Source of the DNA: Trichoplax adhaerens
Lineage: Eukaryota > Animalia > Placozoa
Direction: 5' to 3'
DNA: 64,000 nucleotides
Assembly (NCBI RefSeq): GCF_000150275.1
Contig: NW_002060949.1
Coordinates: 2,043,836 to 2,107,835 of the forward strand
Under the pieces are notes generated by a model that worked only from the letters and a program-made list of their open reading frames with translations, did not search any database and was not told the origin of the DNA. Shown here piece after piece: positions 15,301 through 27,097 of the stretch; position 1 is the first letter of the stretch, and the number at the start of each line of letters is the position of its first letter. The position numbers and the translations under genes were made by a program.

Positions 15301-18300
15301 TTATATGCATTTACTTGAATAACTTACCATAAAGTCGAGGCCATCAATAAGGAAATCACTTTCAGAAGCATAAATGATAATTTTGCGATGGCTAACATGA
15401 ATCCAAGCTGATTAAAAGATGATAGGATTTATAGATATCATTCTGATATAGCGAGCGATACGGTAAAAAATATAACATAGGATAATATCGATTTTATTAA
15501 TAAAGAAAACACATTTAAATTGAAATTAATTAAAATTATTGTTTTCAAACTTTAGTGCTTCTGCTTGCGATTGATTTCTAGTTTAATGTTAAAATAAATA
15601 ATCAAAAAAGTTATTACAAGTAAATCGTGTGTAGAAGGACCTGTGGCAAGTAGATAACGCTGCATTCATGGACTTGATTATCTAGTCTCTCTAATTCTTT
15701 CGAAGCCACCTTAGTCAAAATTTCTGGTAATCTATTGTATGTACGCCTATCTTTAATAATTATATCAGACACAGAGGGAAGTTAGTTGGGCAACAGTTAT
15801 TAGACTAGCTATACTGTATTTAGTTTTTATTATTTGAAGTAAAATCACCGTTATCAAATTGAGTATCTTTGCCAGGTCTGATAATGAATCGTTTCTGCTT
15901 TTTAGATTCTTGGAGGTCAATCTAAAAAGATTTTATTTGATACTTTTTCAATATAAAAGTAATAACGAATTTTTACCTCGAATTAGACAGTTTAAAATTC
16001 TCCGTTAGAGTGATTTAATTGATACTTATCAGGTCTATAACTTCTCTGATAGACGATACCGTGTCGGAGATAATCTTCGCAAGATTTTGATTTGTGCCTG
16101 TAGTGCAAATTTTAACAATCTAGAAGTTGAACAATTGGAAACGTTAAGCATAAAAATCTTATTAGCTAATATCAAAGAGTTCATTAATTCTAATTAATAA
16201 AATTCTACTTTCAGGGAACAACTCTTAAGCTTCGAATTATAATTCATTATGATTAATATTTTTTAGCCGTTTTTCACATTCTTAAAATACAGCTTTCTAA
16301 GTTAATAATTAAGGTAAGCTAAGATATTAATAGTTTAATTAACCTAGATCATATAAATTGATTGTCAAAAGTTATCGTACCTCTTGAAATAGTGGTATAG
16401 ACTGCGGTAAATGTTGGCTTAATTTTCCTATTTCAATCATTGCTTGTATAGTCTGCACGTAGTGAATATATTGATAATAGAAATAATTCTAATGTTTTAA
16501 GTTTCTAAAAGTGATATTATTGAATTTGCATACCGATGATATTAGTTTCCAATCCTCAATAGATATTTTAGCTATCATCATTCGAGAAATTATACGCTAT
16601 AATGAACATGAGTATGTATGAGAGACGAAATTTGCGCATTTATTCCTAATTTCTCTTGCAGATCAATATGTACCATAATTACACCGTATTGCAATTATAT
16701 TAAGGGATTATAATTTTACTTTCTATTACGATACATACTGATATATTCCTAATTTTTCTTATATGTAGATGCAGTTCCATTGCAACATCGTATTGTTGCA
16801 CTCCTAAGAAATATGAGATGACGTCGTATCGCTTTCGTAATGCATTCATTTCACAGATAGGGCGGATAAACCATAACCTTATAAGAATGGAAGCAATTAT
16901 GAAGAATTTAAATTCACTTGGATTTTAGTGAATATAAAGGATAATGCTTAATATTAAAACCTCAGAAGGCGGGATCCAATCGTAGATCGAGTATGATTTG
17001 CCATTTCTAAGACGGTAGTAATAGGATAAATAATTATATTGTTGATTGACTAGTTTTACTAATTTTTAAAGATTATTGTGATAATTGTGACTTTTATATT
17101 TAGATTTGACCGAATCTACCGAATAATTCACTACAGAGGCTTAAAGCCTACACAACTTCACATTTAAACTGAATAAAAAATAAGATAGCTAACTAAATAG
17201 AGAGAGCTTTTTATGATTATGTTCGATTTTATCTGGTGGACTTTGATCGTCGAAACAGAAAATCTGTAGAGCGCTAATTAGCAATTCGAAATAAAATTGT
17301 CATTAATATTTCTGAGTTATCCGGAAACTTTACTCAGAAACAGTGACGTTACCTAAATGTATGTTTATCGATGTGCATAACACCTGCTCTATAATGCGTA
17401 ATAATAATTAGTTAACATCATTTACTAATGAATCAACAATTTAAGCAGCTAATGATCGAACTAGTTTACGAACAGGTAATATTTGTGTTATAAAATTTGA
17501 CATACAACGAAAACATTTGCAAATCGACGACATGAATATGCGCCTCTGATTCGCTTAGTTGATTGCTGCCATGTTTATTTTCTAAGAATGTAATGAGTCC
17601 GCCAATGGCTGAAATCTATCAGAAAGAACGTGGATTATAAACTAGATGTAACGATTGGGACTCATTTTTGCCAAATGGCTAACACTGCAATTAATACAGT
17701 ACTTGATATGGATTGGTTACTAAGACTTTAAAGTCGATAGATCAGTGCAAACTAGAGTATTATACTTATTATTTTACTCCATTATTGTACCATAGTAACG
17801 TTGTTGAATGAAAGTTTTGCTGATATTGTCATTAACTCCTCAATTTCTAGCATATCAGACTGATTACGGATGCGGCTAAGTAGCGAACCAATACGATGTT
17901 TTGCAGATTCTGACGCTTTATAGTTTTAAATAATATCATAATTATAAGGTATAGAGTTATTTTATGTGACTGTTAGCATTCATTTCCGTATGTTGTTAAT
18001 ATCGTATCTGCTAGGTTACTAGTGTACAATATTAATAAAAGTCTTGTTATTACAAAAGTATACTCAGACATTAGATCATCTATTCTAAACTAACAGAAGC
18101 TAGCTGTAGGTAAGACTTCAATTTTATAGAGGTCACTTTTATTGATTCGGCTATGTTCAGCTTTGATATCTTAAATAGGAAGTAAAGTGATATCAGAAGA
18201 ATAATCAGCATCACTATATAGGATTTAGGTTAAAGACTGTGATGCAAAATTGTATAAATGTTTACTCTATCAACGTAATTTATTTGTCATGCTTTACAGA

Positions 18301-19119
18301 TCGTTATTTTATACCTTCCAAAGCTTGATAGATTTTTGTATCTTGGCGTGCAAAAGTAAGCACAATATCTGGATCAATCTGAGTAATAGCTAGAGAAGTC
18401 AGAAGTTACTTCAATATTAAGATTAAAGACATCTATACGTTATACATGTACAGTACATGATTATTTATGATTAAGGTTAACTTATTAAATTCACTTAATA
18501 TCCGTTGCTATATGGGTCATGGACGTATACTTTGTTTAATTTAAGTACTTTCAGAATAAACATGTTTTATATTACGTAAGTCCGATTTCAGTAAGTGCTA
18601 CCTTTCCTTAGCATTGTAAAGTCTTCAGTTTCAACAATATCAGCACACATATTAATGATACAAGTCTCTGCATCATAAAATGCGACTCCAAGTTGACTGG
18701 ATTTCCAGCAAACGCTCATTATTATGGGCTGTAATGATCGAGAAATAAATTTCCTCATGAGGACTTCTTCCTCTATTGACATAAGCTTGATTTAGCCTGT
18801 TTTTAATTGTATCAGAATAACTAACCGTTTTAGGTTGCACCTCGTCATCCATAAGTGAACCAGTATTGCTTGCGAAATCTATAGGGTGTATACCATCTGT
18901 CACATTTCGACCATGATTGCTGGATACTAAATTCTCTACATATGAACTTGGTCTCTGATTTAATTGGCTACCATGAATAGAAAACTCATCATTTGTGGTG
19001 GCTATATCGAAGAAATTGCTTTTACTATTGCTGCGGTCATTACTTGACTGTATTGTCAACCGAGATACTGTAGAAGATACACTAAACGGAGTTGAAATGA
19101 AAGGCTGTGAAGAAGTCAT
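12337..19119 (-). CDS. MSH5: MutS homolog 5 (meiotic crossover factor), more than 20 exons; as sequenced it has a 1-nt frameshift in exon 15328-15407
   Basis: IIMSVCWKSSQLGVAFYD, ALQIF..LSLF, RLLRLWFIRP, Walker A ITGPNASGKSVYLKQ (~14020-14080), MAHIGSFVPA, SLILIDEFGK, STHF; stop at 12337-12339. Start taken at MTSSQPF (19119); upstream exons are possible. Confidence 0.92.
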
Positions 19120-19649
19120 CCTGGAGTGAAGGAGATTTTCACTGTCTGTGAAAAATATCAAAAATTGAAATTCTGAGTACGATTACCAATTTTGCAAGTA
19201 TGGCTCTACCAATACATGGTAAGAAAAAAACAACGTTTATTTACTTATCTGTATAATGAATTATCACCCAAGCATACATAGATACAATTTACTACCTATT
19301 AAATTACCTAATGATCAGATAAGATACCGTAAATGATTGAACGGAGAAGAAAGTCTTGGAATACGCATATAAAATGGCGAAGCGATTGATGTTTTAGGCT
19401 TTCACTGATTTCAGTGAAAGTAGAAGAATTGACGCATAAAAAGTGACTCAGCTTGAAACGATCACTGAAAAACGTGCGTACATTCCGGGTGTTACTAATA
19501 TCAATTTCTACTGTGTTATATTACTTTAATATTTGACATTGGACAAGGTTAAATGTTCTGCTAAGTTTCACTAATGCACCCTGCCATTTGCAAGTCTTTC
19601 TTTATGAGATGGAGAGGAGGATTAGGCGAAATAGGATAGTTTGCGCTAG

Positions 19650-20290
19650 CTAGAGAGCATTTTCCCATGATATAGGAGAACTTTGTTAGGAATTATCAGC
19701 AATTCTCGATCTCTACTTCATACCTCTTATCCGTGCAGTAGAGGTCATCATTTTGAGTTTCACATCGAATCACCATTTGGTACTCTATGTTCACTGTAGG
19801 GTGGTTTCTACAATATCGAAAAACTTTCTTGGGGTAGAGGCCATAATTTGCATTACAATTATCGTATCAAATTTACTGTTTGATGCTCTACGAGAGAATA
19901 TTATCCACGGTATAGGAGAACTCTATGAGGAATTACCGGTATTTAGCAATCCTTGAAATTGATCAGTGTGGCAAAGGCTATAAGTTGAAGGATCACATCA
20001 AAGCCACTGATACTCTGTAATCGATACGTAACAGAGATATTACGATGGAGTGCTATATCATCCATTACAGAGAGAATTTTTGATACTAGCTATTAGTAAT
20101 TCTCGAGTTCCGTTTATGTGGTAGAGATCCTAATTTAAAATTTCTTATTAAAATTAAAGTTTGATATTTATTATGCTCGTTACGGAGTATACGAGGAAAA
20201 TATAAGAGAACCTTATTAGCGATTACAGTAGTTCTTCACCTCCATCAATGAGGTAGAGGCCATAATTTTGAATATCATATCAAGCTCTTT
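19650..20290. repeat. Old degenerate repeat array upstream of MSH5
   Basis: TATAGGAGAACT-like at 19671, 19911, 20201; GTAGAGGCCATAATTT-like at ~19738, 19834, 19970, 20121, 20253. Confidence 0.65.
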
Positions 20291-20976
20291 AAAGATAACC
20301 TATTAGAGCTGATTATGGGCGACAATTTAGAAAAAATGGCAAATATACAGTTGCCATATATTGCATGAATGAACGAAAGTATTTATGTAAAATTTCGGAA
20401 GCAATGTTAAAAAGAATTTAATCAACTGTAAATAATTACGTATACTTGTATAGGTACGGTAGTTGTTCCATCATGAAATGCCAACAATAATTCTATTGAT
20501 ATGGGCAAAGTACAATTTTATTTTATCATTATTTTACTGACTAGGCCTCGTATGTTCAATATTTACTCCGGATTCAGCTGGTTTATTTTTTAACGAGAAT
20601 ATAAAAGGATAGTTGGCACAAATTGCAATCTACTAATACAATCTTATTTCGTTATCCTGCCTACAAATGGTGATTTTTAGGGCGTAGTTGTAAATTCTTG
20701 AAAAATTGTAATCTTTTCAGGTTTACTATACTCGTACACTGTATTAGTAGCGATGTTGCAATTCCTTGTATAAATGACATATCTATATATGCAGGAGATA
20801 TTAAAATATATCGAGAATTAATGGTTTATCCGTAGAATGTAAGTATACTGTACTATTGCATACAATAAAATACCATAGATGCAAACAAGTTATACTGCAA
20901 GCACTTTCTAAAATACAGTACCTAGTCCTTAACTGCATAGTTCAAGAACAATAAATGTAGAACAAAGTAAGAACCC

Positions 20977-21342
20977 TTATTTCATTTCATTATTGGTATT
21001 TTCCTGTCTTTGAAGCCATCCTAAGAAGCCTTGACGATAATGACGAGCATTACTATATCCCAATTGGAGAGCAGCATCTAAAGCCATACGACTACGTTTA
21101 CCAGACTGGCAGTGAAAGATCAAGTGTTGACTATCCATAGTAGGTTTTGCAACGCTATACTTATCTTGAAAGGCTTCTGCACTCATTTGCAATGCATCTC
21201 GGATTTCATGAACAGGAACATTGACTGAATGTGCAATCTTTCCATATTTAGCAATCTCTTCTGGTGTGCGAACATCGAATAATTGAATGTTTTTCGTCTC
21301 GATGAGCGATACTAAATCCTCGTACGATATTTCGTCCATCAT
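20977..21342 (-). CDS. Single-domain rhodanese/sulfurtransferase (TSTD1/TSTD3-like)
   Basis: Intronless 121-aa ORF with LFDVRTPEE, G.I..SVNVP, catalytic loop FHCQSGKRS and YRQGFLGW. Confidence 0.92.
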   Translation of the reverse strand: MMDEISYEDLVSLIETKNIQLFDVRTPEEIAKYGKIAHSVNVPVHEIRDALQMSAEAFQDKYSVAKPTMDSQHLIFHCQSGKRSRMALDAALQLGYSNARHYRQGFLGWLQRQENTNNEMK

Positions 21343-21848
21343 TTGTTTTGGTTGTAATGACTGGATTGATCAATCCTATTGCGCTTATTCATTTACTAGT
21401 TATTGGATTATCCTTACGTAATACAAAAAGAGAGCTTATCTGAGAGTATCGTGTAGCATTGATGTTGATAAAGCAGATTTAGAATAAGTTGTTATGCTAG
21501 ATTTTACCTTTGTATCGATTCTAGTATTACTACTAGTACAAAAATTGGAAATTAATTCAAGATTAAAATGTATTCCCAATCTACTTTTGCAATAGTGGTA
21601 ATACCCAATATTTTGCGATTTGGCAACGCCCTACTGAGTACAGGACATACCAGAGTACGTACTGTACACTGTACAATGTGATCGTTGGATATATTTGAAA
21701 AGAGTCAAAACTAGAAGTAAAACGCTTAAAAAAAACCAATCTTTCTCAACCTTCCTATACGGATATATTAAAAGCATGCCTTTGCCACAAATTTGATACA
21801 AATTGATGTAAAAATAAAACTTTAATCTCCAATATATCGGATCACATC

Positions 21849-21895
21849 GTACAGTACTCTACAGTAGTATGCTGTAGAGTATAGTACTGTACTGT
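21849..21895. repeat. ACAGT/ACTGT pentamer cluster in the rhodanese/EIF2B3 divergent promoter
   Basis: gtacagtactctacagtagtatgctgtagagtatagtactgtactgt; more copies at ~21660 and ~22088. Confidence 0.65.
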
Positions 21896-22347
21896 GATGT
21901 GCAAAAAGATTCGATCGCTCGATTTTTCTCTATACTAATAGCTGTTAAATGGAAAATTTTTACGTTGGGAAATGCTATTTTACCATGATTAGATTGATTG
22001 CTATACAGTAAAGTATGACAACTAATGGTGTTATCGTCCATTGCCTTCTTTATTGCTTTTTTCTTACTTACTTTTGACTTTATCAGCTACTGTACTGTAG
22101 TAGTAGACACCGAGAGATCCCAGGTGAGTAGCGTGACACTATTGCACGATAGATACTGCAGTGTAGTGTTCCAGTTGTGTCGTAGTGATACTATGATTGA
22201 CTGGAACAACGACAGGATCAAGGACGGTTGCGCAGACCTGTCATCATCACCGCACACATAGTACTGCAGTAGTCAGACTTAGTTAGGAGCGGATATAGGC
22301 CACGGGCCCATTTTACTCGCATCGACGACGACAGCAACTGCGGCATC

Positions 22348-25300
22348 ATGGAGTTTCAAGCAGTCATTTTGGCTGCTGGACCAGGCTCTAGAATGTATCC
22401 ATTGACAGAAAATATGCCAAAAGCCTTATTACCTGTAGCAAATAAACCAATGATCTGGTATCCTATTCGGATATTACAAAAAGCAGGCTTTGAAGGTAGA
22501 TTAAATGAAAAAATAATGCCGGTTGATAAGATCAATGACGTAGAATTTTTTCGATAGCTTGTGTATTCAATCGATCGGAGCTTGTCATCTTCAACTTGGC
22601 CTGTTCAAGATATAGAGCTATTACAGGCTTTTTATACATAGTATAGTGTGGATTTAGCAATAGTATTGATGAAACAAATTATCGTTTAGGTGACTGTTAA
22701 AATAATAATGAAGATAGGAGTACATGAAACGTTTTAAACAACGTTATTAATAAGATTGATGATAGTTAATTGAAGTTGATTATTAATATGATCATTTTAT
22801 TATCATTTATCTAGAGATTTTCATCATCGTTTTAAAATCACAATCAGATGTGATTAAAAAGTCGTTAGTAAGCTGTAATTTGAAGTGTCGACTTCATTAT
22901 GTACAAATTTCGGATGAAGAAGAAGTCATCGGTACTGCAGAGTCGCTAAGAAAAATCAGAGATAAAGTCAAGGTAATTGATAAGGGTATACCTACAGTAT
23001 AACGCTTTGGACGATAAATGGACTGGATGTATATCGTACCGTTGTTGTTTGATTCTGTCAGTAGTTTGTTATACAGCAGGAGATCATTACTATGCATTCT
23101 AATAAAGTGTAAAATGATGACTCCTACTTTTAGTATAGAATCGACTTTGTGTTCTATTGACGAAAAGATGTTTTATTGTGTGTACTGTACTTATGGCTCT
23201 TTGCAATGAAGTTATAGAAAGTGGATGATATTCTGATATGATGATAGTTATTGTTATCATCCTAAACTATAGAGTTGTCATACTTTATGTACGTGTATGT
23301 TTGCATAACATTTGGTTGCACAATAGTATCTAGTTTTGTCTTTCCCTTAATATGAGACATTTCAATATCTCAAGTTATTACTGTATTACACTTTGCTTAG
23401 CCTTACCAACTGTACAGTAGATGTGAATGCAATACAAAATTTTTTTACTGTATGATCTACTAGAAATCAATGACTTCTTATGTCTTGGTTTACCAATTCG
23501 TGAATAGGGTAGAAAAAAAGATTTTTACTATATTGCTTACTGCAACTATAAGTAGAGATTTTCAATGAATAATCCAATTACTTTGAGTAACCGCTTTTTA
23601 TCCTTCAATTTTAGAATGATTTGATGATTTTAAGTTGCGACCTAATTACGAATTTGGAATTGCATCGCCTTGCCAATATACATCGTATTCGTGATTCAGA
23701 CTTAACGGCATTTATGTATACACGTGATGACAGCTCAAATGAAGCTGAAGGAAAGAATAAGAAAAAGAAGAAGAAAGAGGCTACAAGTAATTGTATATTA
23801 TTGACCAAGGAGAATGTATTGTATTATATTAAGTTAATCTATCATAGTAGGTTAGGTTGGTAGTGACTGATTTAACGCAAATACACATAATTAATATATC
23901 TTTAGGCCAGTGCGACTTTGTTGGCGTTAGTGAAAAAGATTCAAGATTAGTATTTTTGTCCACTGCAGTCGACGTGCATAAAGATTTAGCCATTAAAAGA
24001 AATCTATTTATGAAGTAATAAACGATTGCAATTATTCAGTATCAGATAAGCATTGATATCTTGATGTCAGGATACGTAGCCTTTGCGATTTTTTCGTGAT
24101 ATTTATTGATATTTATTTTATTTGCAACTAGATATCCAAGGGTTCTTCTTCGTACTGACTTAATTGATGCTCATTTATACCTTGTCAAAAAATGGATTTT
24201 AGATTTCTTGATCGAAAACAAGTAACTATTTTGGGAATATGGTTTCAATGGAATTATCATGTTTCACCATTTACTAAGTTACTGTAATATTTGCAATTGC
24301 CTACTAGATCTTATAATAGTTTTAAAGGCGAAGTTTTACCTCACTTAGTATATAAGCTGGATGCCCGTCCTGAGGTAGCTTCAGTAGATACTGAACAGGG
24401 GAAAGAAGATAATACAAGGAATAACTTAGGTAATGTCTACTTATAATAGCGAACTAATAATATAAAATGTAAAAAGAGGAATTAGATCAACAAGGTCATG
24501 TCATAAGTACCTCTTCTTTTTCAATCATTGGCAACATAATGTTGTAATATAGGCGCTCAAATATCTCAGTATTTTTTACTGCACTATACATATTCTGCTT
24601 AGGAACGACATCGAAATCCGAAATTGAATTAGAACAATTAGCTCTAAGTTTATCAACATGCTATCGTGGTGAGAATATCGAAGAAGGCTATGAAGCATCA
24701 AAGTGCTATACATACATCAGCGATAAAAATAACTGTATTAGAGTAAATTCTGTTCAGTTATATATGGATGCAAATCGTCATGTAGGTCTTATTAGTTATA
24801 AATAGCGGAACTATTCCCTATACCGATTGAATAATATTACGAGTCTATACGAAACAATAGTGCTATCTAATAGGACATCGTTGATACTATTAGGCATTGC
24901 GGTGGATATCGTCGTTTCTTCCAGAAGCTACCGATACTAAGTCAGTTCATTTTTCTGCCAATACGTCGCAAAGAGCTAGAGGGAATATATCAGAAGTTGG
25001 GGACGCTAAAACTGGTTACACCACAGGTACTTCTACTTCAAAAACGAGAGGAAGTAACACATCCGAAACTGGTGAAAGTAAAGCAGCTTATCAATCTGGT
25101 CCTAGTGCTCCTACATCGAAATCTGGAACCAATAATGCTATAGTTGAAAGTGCTGATGCTAAAACAAATACAGCAGTTGAGAGAAAAGTCGGGGTAGGAC
25201 AAAATTAAATCTCCTAAGGCTTTATGTGCACAGATCCTGGTAACGGAATATCTTACGTACAAATTAGGTTGATCAAGAATCAATTATCGGAGACGGTGTT

Positions 25301-25827
25301 ACTATCGAAAATAAATGTGCTATTAAGAAATCGGTTATTGGTAATCACTGCAGGATTCTGGACAATGTTAAGATTCTAAATTCTGTCTTAATGGATCATG
25401 TAACTGTCGAAAGTGGGTAGGTGATGAACTTACGCGTACATATAGTATTAAATGAAGTACGCTTTGGAAATATTTAATATCGGCAACACATCATTATTCT
25501 CGTAACCAACCGTCATGAAATTTTCATTTCTAGTTGCGTTATTCAAAACAGCGTTGTATGCAGTCTCGCACATATTAAAGGCCGCTGTACTATAAAGGAT
25601 TGCCAGATTGGGTATTCACATACAGTATCAGATGCAAGTAAGTCATATTTATATATCTCATTATACGAAAGCACTCGTATGCTATACCGATGTTAGCGAC
25701 AATGGATGACTGTAATTTTTGTACACGTTAAGTTTACAATTTTTATTTATTTTTTATAGCTGAAGCAAACGGAGAATGTCTTGTATCTGCTGAAGGTGGA
25801 ATGATGACGTTAGACAATGCTAACTAA
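22348..25827 (+). CDS. EIF2B3: Translation initiation factor eIF2B gamma subunit (11 exons)
   Basis: MEFQAVILAAGPGSRMYPLTENMPKALLPVANKPMIWYP, GTAESLR, ILSCDLIT, LIDAHLY, C-terminal left-handed beta-helix repeats (SIIGDGVTI, KSVIGNHCRI); all exon phases consistent; TAA at 25825-25827. Confidence 0.95.
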
Positions 25828-27097
25828 CAGTGTAACCATGCAATACTTATGGTGTTGCAAGTTGTAATTATCGGAAAGAAGAATAGATATGAATCATGTA
25901 TTCAAGATGAGCAGGAACTGGAATAAGACTTCCGCACAGAGGTCGAAAATATGCATCAACAGTAAATTATTGCTGACTTCGGCCTCTGTAGACAAACTAA
26001 CTGGCGCCTGGATAAATGTTGATTGACTAACAAAATTCGCTTATCAATTAAATCGATAACTTATCATTTCCTGACAGTAGAGCTATTCACATATTTGTTG
26101 ATCAATAACATTATGGACTAGGCCTATCGAAGAACCTCTCCTACAAGGGCTGCTATGAAATAACTATAAATATTCTTTTATTCTCTAATAAAAGACCTTC
26201 ATGTATTGTGAATTACTGTATTAAATATCAACTTTCTGAAAAAAGTATTAAACAACGAGTCTATTTTAGCCGTTCGTTGATTGAGTCAACTGTGCTTATA
26301 GTATACCCAATTATATACAGATACGGACTTGCAGCGTAAATATACTGAGGTTATTAGACTATCTTGTATGTAATAAGTTATTAGAGTAAGTCGTATGACT
26401 TGTAGGTTTCTTTTACTGTACTTTGCACTACAATATTCGGTGGATCTGGCCTTGAGTATGGTAAAATTGAGCTTAACTATGCTTTCTGAGGTTCCGATTC
26501 CTTTAGATATATATGCGTAATAAGTTGCCATACGCGTATAAATCAAAAAATCTAAATTATTTAGCGTAAAGCATGCTAACTTTATAAAGCATTTATAAAG
26601 GCTTTACGTTTATGTAAATACTGCGTAAGATAAAATACATGTAGTTCAAAAGTTTAAAAATTAGAAATAAGCATTAGTGGTTTATTCCGCGTAAACGTTA
26701 TCTATCTATACTCAATAATTGCTAAGATTTTCTTTCCATAGCATATAACAGGTCTATAATTTAGCTATAATATTATATTTGGTGAAATAACGGCTTCGTA
26801 ACCTGTATTTCTAAAGTAGAAATAAATTAACCACAGTAGATTGAGAATTTCTGGAATTAATCGCAATAGCAAGAGTACCTATCAAGTCGTGTTACATATT
26901 TCTAACAAAATTAAAATCGGTTATGGTATAAAAGATTTCCTAGTTACAATACTAAATTTTCAAATATAAGGCAGCAACGATTGCGACATGACATATTGAA
27001 TAATAAAATCTATCAAACGATGCGTTAATAACCAATTTTTTTTAAACAAATATAATCCAGTCAGATGGCCAGATTCATACGCATATATTACATTTAA

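Noticed and set aside
15408-15640. MSH5 intron with donor GTCCTT as a U12 intron
   Set aside because: It lacks the ATC core at +3 to +5 and has no U12 branch point; treated as a weak U2 donor.
19443-19452. ARE/AP-1-like GTGACTCAGC near MSH5 and TGACnnnGC matches near the GSTs
   Set aside because: Short motifs expected by chance, with no clustering.
20977-21342. Intronless rhodanese as a horizontal transfer
   Set aside because: It resembles animal TSTD1/TSTD3-type proteins (including the F..KY...KP insert) and appears to have a 5' UTR intron.
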